From NCBI GenBank assembly GCA_963832165.1, contig CAWHTE010000007.1, positions 672,001-736,000 on the forward strand: a DNA stretch of 64,000 nt. Reading direction: 5' to 3'. Every line of letters starts with the position of its first letter. Within the stretch, counting starts at the first letter, position 1. Shown here piece by piece: positions 56,682 through 64,000 of this stretch. Position numbers and translations under genes: made by a program. This DNA is from an uncultured delta proteobacterium. Lineage in GTDB: Bacteria; Myxococcota_A; UBA9160; SMWR01. The notes under the pieces were generated by a model. That model worked only from the letters and a program-made list of their open reading frames with translations. It had not been told where the DNA came from and searched no databases.

Positions 56682-57687
56682 CTAGCGCCCCAGCTCGCGC
56701 GCGACCTCCGCCCACGGCTCGGGATCGCGCGACCAGTGCGCGAGCAGGCTCACGCGATCCGCGAGATCGCCGCAGCGCTCGCGCACGCGCGCGGCCACGC
56801 GATCCATCGGCGCGCAGATCGCCACCGCTTCGAGCAGCTCGTCGCTGATCAGGCCCGTCATCTCGGCCCACTGGCCGCGCTTCGAGAGCGCGTTCAGCTC
56901 GGGCTGGAGATCGCCCAGGCCGTGGGCATCGAGCACGACGCGATAGGCGGGCGTCGAGGCGTAGAACGCGATCTGACCCTTGGTGAGGTTGCGGGTGCGC
57001 TCGGTCTCTTCGTCGTTCGCGCCGCTCGCCACCATGATCTGGAACGAGAGCTTCACGTCCTTGCGCGCGCGACCCGCGGCGGCGATGCCGCGCTCGATCG
57101 CGGGTAGCGTCACCTCGGCCACCGACTTCGCGGTGTTGAACGGGTGCACGAAGAAGCCGTCGGCGACCTCGCCCGCCACCTCGGTCATGCGCGGTCCGAC
57201 GCCCGCGATGAAGATCGGCGGGTTTCCGTACGGGTTCGCGCCCGGGTTGAACGCCGGGATCATCAGCGTGTGCTGATAGAACTCGCCGCGGAAATCGAGC
57301 CGGCCGCCCTCGGCCCAGCAGCGCCAGATCTCGCGGATCGCGAGCACCATCTCGCGCATGCGCGCGGCCGGGGCGCGACCACGGCATCGAGAAGCGCTTC
57401 TCGATGTGCGGGCGGATCTGCGTGCCGAGCCCGAGCAGGAAGCGGCCCTTCGAAAGCGCCTGCAGATCCCAGCCGATGTTCGCGAGCAGCATCGGGTTGC
57501 GCGCGAACGCGATCGCGATCGCGGTGTAGAGCTCGATGCGCTCGGTAGTCTGGGAGGCGAGCACGAGCGGGAAGAAGGGATCGTGCGGGCCTTCGAAGGT
57601 GAAGCCGCCGTCGTAGCCGAGCTGCTCGAGGCGACGCGCGGCCTCGCCGGGCGCGCTCGCATCCATGATCGCGGCATCGACCTTCAT
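56682..57687 (-). CDS. LLM-class, probably F420-dependent oxidoreductase (frameshift near 57370)
   Basis: HDPFFPL, AIAFARNPM, LGLGTQIRPHIEKRF; GEFYQHTLM and FYASTPAY motifs. Confidence 0.88.
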
Positions 57688-57740
57688 GATTCCTCCGAGT
57701 TGGAACACTATAGACTTCCCGGATCGAACAAGGAGAAGCC

Positions 57741-58553
57741 ATGCCCGAGACTCCCGCCGTCCGCGTCGAGCGCGACGGACCCGTGACCACCGTGATCCTC
57801 TGCCGCCCGGACGTGCGCAACGCCGTCGACGGACCAACCGCGGCCGCGCTCGCCGACGCGTTCCTCGCGTTCGAGCGCGATCCCGATGCGCACGTGGCGG
57901 TGTTCTTCGGCGATCACGGCACGTTCTGCGCGGGCGCGGATCTCAAGGCGATCAGCCAGATGCGCGGCAATCGCGTCGACGAGCCCGTCACGGGAAAGGA
58001 CTGGAATCCGCTCGGTGTCGACGGTCCGATGGGCCCTTCGCGCATGCTGCTCTCGAAGCCCGTGATCGCGGCGGTGGCGGGCTATGCGGTGGCGGGCGGG
58101 CTCGAGCTCTCGCTCTGGTGCGATCTGCGCGTCGTCGAGGAGGACGCGGTATTCGGCGTGTTCTGCCGCCGTTGGGGCGTACCGCTCATGGACGGCGGTA
58201 CCGTGCGTCTGCCGCGCATCGTCGGACACGGCCGCGCGCTCGACCTGATCCTCACGGGCCGCCCGGTGCGCGCCGACGAGGCGCTCGCAATCGGCCTCGC
58301 GAACCGCGTCGTTCCGCGCGGTGCCGCGCGCCGCGAAGCGGAGGCGCTCGCGCGCGAGCTGTGCCGGTTCCCGCAGGTCTGCATGCGCGCCGACCGCCGC
58401 TCCGCCTACGAGCAGTGGGACCAGTCGCTCGACGCCGCGCTGCACACCGAATGGAGGATCGGCATGGAGGCGGTCCGCGCCGGCGAGACGTTCAAGGGTG
58501 CGTCGCGCTTCGCGTCGGGACACGGCCGCAGCGGCAGCTTCGACGATCTCTGA
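57741..58553 (+). CDS. Enoyl-CoA hydratase/crotonase family protein
   Basis: FCAGADLK, KPVIAAVAGYAVAGGLEL and GVPLMDGG motifs. Confidence 0.93.
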   Translation: MPETPAVRVERDGPVTTVILCRPDVRNAVDGPTAAALADAFLAFERDPDAHVAVFFGDHGTFCAGADLKAISQMRGNRVDEPVTGKDWNPLGVDGPMGPSRMLLSKPVIAAVAGYAVAGGLELSLWCDLRVVEEDAVFGVFCRRWGVPLMDGGTVRLPRIVGHGRALDLILTGRPVRADEALAIGLANRVVPRGAARREAEALARELCRFPQVCMRADRRSAYEQWDQSLDAALHTEWRIGMEAVRAGETFKGASRFASGHGRSGSFDDL

Positions 58554-58567
58554 GACTTGCGCCTGCG

Positions 58568-59221
58568 ATGATCCGCGCACTCGTCTTCGATCTCGACGGC
58601 TTGATCCTCGACACCGAGTCGGTGGTCTACGCGTCGTGGCAGAGCGCCTACCAGGTGCACGGCGTTCCGCTGCCGCTCGACCTGTGGCTGCGCGCGATCG
58701 GCAGCGACGCAACCCACTTCGAGCCGCTCTCCTATCTGCTCGAACGCCGGCCCGGCCTCGACGTCGAGGAGCTGCACGCTCAGCGCCGCGTCGTGCGCGA
58801 TCGCCTGCTCGCCGACCTCGCGCCGTGCGCGGGGGTTCCGGAGCGGATCGCCGAGGCGCGTGCGCGCGGCCTCCGGCTCGCGGTGGCGTCGAGCTCGGAG
58901 CGCGCATGGGTCGAGGGACACCTCACGCGCCTCGGGCTGCGCGAGCACTTCTCCGCGATCCGCTGCCGCGAGGACGTGTCGCGCGTAAAGCCGGACCCGA
59001 CGCTCTACCGCTCGGCACTCGCTGCGATCGGCGTCCCGCCCGAACACGCGGTGGCGTTCGAGGACTCGCCGAACGGTGTGGCCGCCGCCGTCGCAGCGGG
59101 CATGCGCTGCGTGGCGATCCCGGGTCCGATGACGCGCAGCCTGCGCTTCGACGCTGCGCACCTCGAGCTCTCGTCGCTCGCCGAGCTCCCGCTCGACGAG
59201 ATCCTCGCGCGCGTCGCCTAA
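58568..59221 (+). CDS. HAD-superfamily hydrolase
   Basis: FDLDGLILD, VASSS, KPDP and FEDSPNG motifs. Confidence 0.93.
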   Translation: MIRALVFDLDGLILDTESVVYASWQSAYQVHGVPLPLDLWLRAIGSDATHFEPLSYLLERRPGLDVEELHAQRRVVRDRLLADLAPCAGVPERIAEARARGLRLAVASSSERAWVEGHLTRLGLREHFSAIRCREDVSRVKPDPTLYRSALAAIGVPPEHAVAFEDSPNGVAAAVAAGMRCVAIPGPMTRSLRFDAAHLELSSLAELPLDEILARVA

Positions 59222-60114
59222 TTCTCTTCCGTTTGGCGGTCCAAAAACTTCTTGAGCTGGCGATCGCGGTGGCTCGCTGCGCTGAAGTACTTGATGTAGG
59301 GCTCCCAGCGCGGAGGGCGCGCCGCTTCCGGCCGATCGCCCATCACCGTCACGCGCTGAATCACGCGCTCGCCCTCGAAATCGTTCAGCACGTGGTGCTG
59401 CGTGCAGCGGTTGTCCCACATCGCGATCGTGCCGGGAGTCCAGTGATATCGGACCGTGAAGCGCGGGCTCTGGATCCAGCGCACGAGGAAGGAGAGCAGC
59501 GCCTCGCTCTCCTGATGCGACAGCTCGACGATCCGGCGCGTGAAGTGCTCGTTCACGAACAGCGACTTCTTCTTCGTCACCGGATGCACGCGAACGACCG
59601 GGTGGATCGCCATCTGCTCGACGTTGCCGTGCGGGTGCGCGTCGTGCAGCGCCGAGAGCCCCTCGCAGAAGTCCTTCATCGCGGGCGACAGCTCGTCGTA
59701 GGCCTTGTAAGCGTTCGCCCACATCGTGTCGCCGCCCACGGTCGGGCACTTCACCATGTGCAGGATCGAGAGCAGCGAAGGCTCGGCCTGGCAGGTGAGG
59801 TCGCTGTGCCACTCGTCGGCGATCGCGCCGGCTCCCGAGTTGGCGCGCAGCTCGAAGAACTCCGGGCGCTCGCCGCCCAGCGCGAGGTTCGGGTGCGGCT
59901 CGAGCTTGCCGAACAGGCGTCCGAAGGCGATGTGCTCGTCGGGTGATAGGCGCTGATTCGGGAAGAACAGCACCTGGTGATCCATCAGGAGCGATCGGAT
60001 CACGTCGGCGTCGGCCGGGCCGGCTTTCGCGAGCGCGATGCCGTGGATCTCGGCTCCGAGCGAGCCCGAGAGGCGGGTGACGTCGAGCTGCGGTGCGGGG
60101 CTGGCGAGGGCCAT
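59218..60114 (-). CDS. TauD/TfdA family Fe(II)/2-oxoglutarate dioxygenase
   Basis: WHSD, GGDT, HPVVRVHP and WDNRCTQH motifs. Confidence 0.94.
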   Translation of the reverse strand: MALASPAPQLDVTRLSGSLGAEIHGIALAKAGPADADVIRSLLMDHQVLFFPNQRLSPDEHIAFGRLFGKLEPHPNLALGGERPEFFELRANSGAGAIADEWHSDLTCQAEPSLLSILHMVKCPTVGGDTMWANAYKAYDELSPAMKDFCEGLSALHDAHPHGNVEQMAIHPVVRVHPVTKKKSLFVNEHFTRRIVELSHQESEALLSFLVRWIQSPRFTVRYHWTPGTIAMWDNRCTQHHVLNDFEGERVIQRVTVMGDRPEAARPPRWEPYIKYFSAASHRDRQLKKFLDRQTEEN

Positions 60115-60146
60115 CACGTCCTCCTCACGCGGTTACGCGCAGCATA

Positions 60147-61076
60147 TCAGGCTGCCCGCACCCGAGGGCAGAGGAAGCGCAGCGCAGGGCCGGTGCGGAT
60201 CGCGAGCCGGCGTGCCGGGGGGAAGAGCTCCGCGTCGATGCTCCACGCGAGCGGCGCGGCGAGGCGCAGCTCGGCCTGGCGGCACGGGAAATGCGCGAGC
60301 GATCCGCCGCGCGACCCCGCGCGCAGCGCGGGCAGCTCGAGCGCCAGACGCGCCGCGCTCGCCCCCGTGGTCGCGAAATGGATCCGCTCGGGATCGCTGC
60401 CCGCGCTGTAGAACGGAGCGAAGCCGAGCCCGATGTGGCGCACCGCGGCGGCGGCGATCACCGTGAAGTGTCGCTGCTCGATCCGCTTCCCGTCCACCTC
60501 GAGATCGGCCTCGAACGGCGCGAACGTGCGGTGCGCGAGCGGACCGCGCAGCAGCGCCGAGGTGCACAGCCGCCCGACCACGGAGAGCGCACCGGCGGGG
60601 CCCATCGCCCCGCCGTAGTAGAGCTCGAGAAAGCGCACGCCCACACCGTTGACGAACAGGAATCCGAGCACGGGCGCATCGCTGTCGGCGGTGACGCTCA
60701 CCACCGCGCGGCGGTGCTCGCAGAGATCGCCGCGGAGCAGCTGCGCGAGCGTGTGGTCGGGTGCGCCGCGCGCGCCCAGCGAGCTCGCAATCGTGTTCAC
60801 GGTGCCGCCGCGCGTCGGGACGATCGCGGGCAGCGCGGCCGGATCGCGGCGGTGCAAGAGGTGCGTGAGCGTGTGCGGAAGCGTTCCATCGCCACCCACG
60901 AGCACGAGCGCGTCGATGTCCTGTTCGAGCAGCGACGCGAGCGCGGGCTCGATCTCGTCGACGTGGGCCGTGAGCGCGGTGCGCTCGCGCGATGCGAGGT
61001 CCTGTAGACGCTCCACGAGGCCCGGATCGCGCCGCACGCTGCGTGCGTTCGCGTTGATCAGCACCCCCGCGCGCAT
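60147..61076 (-). CDS. Diacylglycerol kinase catalytic-domain family protein
   Basis: VLINANA, VGGDGT, GGTVNTIA and IDAE motifs. Confidence 0.85.
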   Translation of the reverse strand: MRAGVLINANARSVRRDPGLVERLQDLASRERTALTAHVDEIEPALASLLEQDIDALVLVGGDGTLPHTLTHLLHRRDPAALPAIVPTRGGTVNTIASSLGARGAPDHTLAQLLRGDLCEHRRAVVSVTADSDAPVLGFLFVNGVGVRFLELYYGGAMGPAGALSVVGRLCTSALLRGPLAHRTFAPFEADLEVDGKRIEQRHFTVIAAAAVRHIGLGFAPFYSAGSDPERIHFATTGASAARLALELPALRAGSRGGSLAHFPCRQAELRLAAPLAWSIDAELFPPARRLAIRTGPALRFLCPRVRAA

Positions 61077-61113
61077 CGTCACGAAGGCTGACTCTATGGC
61101 TACTCTGGGCGCA

Positions 61114-61899
61114 ATGCCGCCCCAACCCAGCTCGGTCGCGACCTACCGGCGACGGATCGGTGCGTCGCTCGATCGCGTCTGGGAGAACGTGCGCGACTGG
61201 GAGCACCTGCCCTGGCTGCACCGCGAGAGCTTCGCATCGGTCGCGCTCGAGCAAGCGGACGCAACGGGCTGGCGCGCGCGGATCGGGCTGCGGGCGCCCG
61301 GCGGCGCGGCGATCCGGCTCGAGCTCGTCGCGAGCGACGACCGCCGCTATGTGTCGCGCACGCTCACGGGGCCCGGTGCGGGCAGCGAGATCTGGACCCG
61401 GCTCGATCCGATCGACGCGCATCACACCGACATCGAGGTGGAGTTCCTGGTGCCCGGCGTCCCTGCGGACCGCCGCGATGCGCTGGGCGCCTCCTACATC
61501 GCGCTCTACACGCTCTTGTGGGATCAGGACGAGGCGATGATGCAGCGCCGCAGCTGGCTGCTCGATACACCGCGCGCCGTGCGCGCCGCGCGCGAGCCGG
61601 TCGACCTCGGCCCCGCCGCGGAGCTCGACGCGCGCCTGCCGCTGCGCGCCGTGTTCGGCGGGCGGTCCGTCGTGGTCGCGCGCTGCGGCGACGAGCTGCT
61701 CGCCTACGACGCGCTGTGTCCGCACGCACTCGGCCCGATCGACGAGGCTCCGCTCGTGGACGGACGCGTCGAGTGCCCGTGGCACGGCAAGACGTTCGAC
61801 GTGCGCACGGGCCGGGGCTGCGGCGCCGACCATCGCCTGCGGCTGGCCCCGGCGCCGCGCGTCGAGGTCGTGGGCGGACGGGTGCGGCTGGTCGGCTAG
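61114..61899 (+). CDS. Rieske protein with N-terminal START-like catalytic domain (inverted Rieske oxygenase architecture)
   Basis: N-terminal WENVRDWEHLPWLH and later DQD; C-terminal CPH-x16-CPWH; start 61114 or 61096. Confidence 0.85.
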   Translation: MPPQPSSVATYRRRIGASLDRVWENVRDWEHLPWLHRESFASVALEQADATGWRARIGLRAPGGAAIRLELVASDDRRYVSRTLTGPGAGSEIWTRLDPIDAHHTDIEVEFLVPGVPADRRDALGASYIALYTLLWDQDEAMMQRRSWLLDTPRAVRAAREPVDLGPAAELDARLPLRAVFGGRSVVVARCGDELLAYDALCPHALGPIDEAPLVDGRVECPWHGKTFDVRTGRGCGADHRLRLAPAPRVEVVGGRVRLVG

Positions 61900-63185
61900 C
61901 GCTTCGCAAGAGCGAGCTCCGCGCGCGCGTCCGGGTGGGCGATCGCGATCAGGGCTTCGCGGCGCGCGTCGTTGGTGAGCCCGGCCAGCTCCGCGGCGCC
62001 GTACTCGGTGATCACGACGTCCACCTGATGGCGAGGCGTGGTCACGCAGACTCCGGGTCCGAACGCGGGCACGATGCGCGAGACCGGTCCCGCGCTTCCC
62101 TTCGCCTGCGACGGCAGGCAGATCAGCGACCGGCCTCCTTCCGAGAACGCGGCGCCCGCGACGAACTCCTCGTGACCGCCAATGCCCGAATACTGTCGGC
62201 CCCCGATCTGGTCGGCGACCACCTGCCCCACCAGATCGACCGACAGCGCGCTGTTGATCGACACGAGCGAGCGATTGCGCGCGATGATCGCGGGGTCGTT
62301 CACGGCGTCGACGGGCAAGAAGCGCACGAGCTCGCGGCCCTCGCCGTCGAGCCAGTCGTAGAGCTCGCGCGTGCCCATCGCGAACGTGCACACCGACACG
62401 CCGTCGTGCAGTCCCTTGCGCCGGTTCGTCACCTTGCCGGCGCGGTGCAGCTTCATGAGACCCGTGGTGAACATCTCGGAATGAACGCCGTAGTCGCCGC
62501 CGCTGCGCTCGGCGAGGACCTGCGCGACCGCGCTGGCGATGCCTCCGATCCCCGTCTGCAGCGTTGCGCCGTCGGCGATGAACGCGGCGGCGTGCTCGGC
62601 GATCGCGCGCTCGACGTCGGAGGGAGCCGGGTCGGGCAGCGCGAGCGGCTCGCGTTCGGAATGGATCAACGCGTCGATGTCGCGCACGTGGATCGCGTGG
62701 GGGTGATCGGGCGGCAGGCCCTGGGTGCGCGGCAGGCGCGGATTGACCTCGACGATCAACACGCGATTCGGATCGCGCCCGCAGCGCAAAAGCTCGTCGA
62801 CCGTCGCACCCGCGTGTAGCGCGAGCGAGCAGAAGCCGTCGCGGTCGGGCGGGGTGGCGCAGGTCGCCATCACGCGCGGCGCCATCCGCTTTGCGATGCG
62901 CGCGAAGCGCCGGAAGTCGGCCGGCACGAAGCGCACCGCGTGGCCCGCGTCGCGCAGCGCGCGCTCGACCGGTCCGTAGAAGCCCGACCGGAGCTCGACA
63001 CCGGGGCGTGTGAACAGCGCGAACGCGTCGACGAGCAGGGCCGCAAACACCTCGAGCCGCTCGAAGCGCTCGCGCGCGCCGAGCGCGTGCATGAGCTCCA
63101 CGGGCTGCCCGGGTCCGAGCGGAACCACGAGCGTGTCGCGGTCCCGGATCAGCCGGCTGGCCGCCTCCGGTGTCAGTTCATTCAT
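61896..63185 (-). CDS. Acetyl-CoA hydrolase/4-hydroxybutyrate CoA-transferase family protein
   Basis: TLQTGIG, GVHSEM, SINSALSVDLVGQV, SGIGG, ITEYG and IAHPD motifs. Confidence 0.92.
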   Translation of the reverse strand: MNELTPEAASRLIRDRDTLVVPLGPGQPVELMHALGARERFERLEVFAALLVDAFALFTRPGVELRSGFYGPVERALRDAGHAVRFVPADFRRFARIAKRMAPRVMATCATPPDRDGFCSLALHAGATVDELLRCGRDPNRVLIVEVNPRLPRTQGLPPDHPHAIHVRDIDALIHSEREPLALPDPAPSDVERAIAEHAAAFIADGATLQTGIGGIASAVAQVLAERSGGDYGVHSEMFTTGLMKLHRAGKVTNRRKGLHDGVSVCTFAMGTRELYDWLDGEGRELVRFLPVDAVNDPAIIARNRSLVSINSALSVDLVGQVVADQIGGRQYSGIGGHEEFVAGAAFSEGGRSLICLPSQAKGSAGPVSRIVPAFGPGVCVTTPRHQVDVVITEYGAAELAGLTNDARREALIAIAHPDARAELALAKR

Positions 63186-63215
63186 GGGTTCCTCCGCGGC
63201 CGGGAGCGTAAGCCC

Positions 63216-63265
63216 TTGACAGCGCTGGGTCCGCTGGGATATCTAGAACCAGAATTATGGTTCTA
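63216..63265 (+). promoter_or_regulatory. -35 TTGACA plus perfect palindromic TetR operator overlapping the start codon
   Basis: TTGACA at 63216-63221; TAGAACCA-N6-TGGTTCTA at 63244-63265. Confidence 0.7.
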
Positions 63266-63931
63266 ATTTCGGATTCGGATCGGGTCCCCGAGCTGCGCTG
63301 GGTGCGTCCGCCCCAGCAGGCGCGCAGCCAACAGACGCTCGATCGCCTGCTCGACGCCGCCGAAGCGCTCGTGTCGGAGAAGGGCTTCGACGACGCGCCG
63401 GTCGCCGAGATCGCGCGGCGCGCCGGATCCTCGGTGGGCGCGTTCTACAGCCGGTTCCCCGACAAGGACTCGCTGCTCGGCGCACTCAACGAGCGCTTTC
63501 TCGTGCAGGCGGTCGCCACCGCCGATGCCGCGCTCGATCCGGCGCTCTGGCAGCGCGCGAGCATCGGGGAGATCAGCACTGCGTTCGTGCGCTTCCTGGT
63601 CGAGATCCACCGCGAGCAGCGCGGACTCCTGCGCGCCTTCTCGCTGCGCATGCGCGTCGACCCCGTGTTCCAGGCGCGGCGCGAGCGGCTCGCGCATCAC
63701 GTCGGCGGGAGACTCTCGGAGCTCCTGCTCGCGCACCGCGCCGAGATCCAGCACGCCGACCCGCACCGCGCCGCGGCGTTCGCGCTCACGATGGTGTTCG
63801 GCGTGCTCGAGCACACGATCGTGTTTGGCGAGATGCGCTCCGGCGCCTTCACCTGGACCGACGAGGATCTGTCCGCCGAGCTCTCTCGCGCGTTCCTCGC
63901 CTATCTGGTCGTCCCGACGCGCCCTGCCTAG
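63257..63931 (+). CDS. TetR/AcrR family transcriptional regulator
   Basis: PQQARSQQTLDRLLDAA and IARRAGSSVGAFYSRFPDK HTH. Confidence 0.93.
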   Translation: MVLISDSDRVPELRWVRPPQQARSQQTLDRLLDAAEALVSEKGFDDAPVAEIARRAGSSVGAFYSRFPDKDSLLGALNERFLVQAVATADAALDPALWQRASIGEISTAFVRFLVEIHREQRGLLRAFSLRMRVDPVFQARRERLAHHVGGRLSELLLAHRAEIQHADPHRAAAFALTMVFGVLEHTIVFGEMRSGAFTWTDEDLSAELSRAFLAYLVVPTRPA

Positions 63932-63940
63932 GAGAACCCG

Positions 63941-64000
63941 ATGCAAGCGATGACCCAGTTCCATCCGAGCGACCGCCGCGCCGTCGAGCGCATCGACGTT
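63941..64000 (+). CDS. Start of a gene truncated by the window end
   Basis: AGGAG RBS, then ATG MQAMTQFHPSDRRAVERIDV open to the end. Confidence 0.55.
   Translation, partial: MQAMTQFHPSDRRAVERIDV

Noticed and set aside
38352..57687. Bioluminescence system from luxC/luxE-like genes plus a luciferase-like monooxygenase
   Set aside because: The LLM gene is about 16 kb away and looks like the F420-type subfamily rather than LuxA/B; there is no luxD or luxG.

Overview
A 64 kb, very GC-rich bacterial chromosome segment, densely coding (about 65 genes). Gene content and style suggest Myxococcota/'Deltaproteobacteria' (inference). It carries housekeeping genes (uup, aroC, mutY, acs, pepP, rnd, proS, folK, cysH), a complete Rrf2-sufBCDSU-SufT operon and many redox/lipid enzymes. 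I saw no rRNA, tRNA, CRISPR array, transposase or prophage. Ten genes, including the normally essential proS, are broken by 12 frameshifts, each repairable by deleting one base, which points to long-read errors rather than pseudogenes. The most interesting elements are: (1) a candidate sigma54-dependent structured ncRNA of about 200 nt (19330-19535) convergent on RNase D; (2) a translationally coupled class III aminotransferase-LuxE-LuxC operon with no luxAB/luxD, possibly an acid->aldehyde->amine pathway; (3) a compact Rieske oxygenase-like protein with inverted domain order; (4) an NTT/MFS-HEAT-cNMP fusion; (5) palindromic operators for the Rrf2, IclR and TetR regulators. All functional calls come from motif recognition by eye; no database searches were run.
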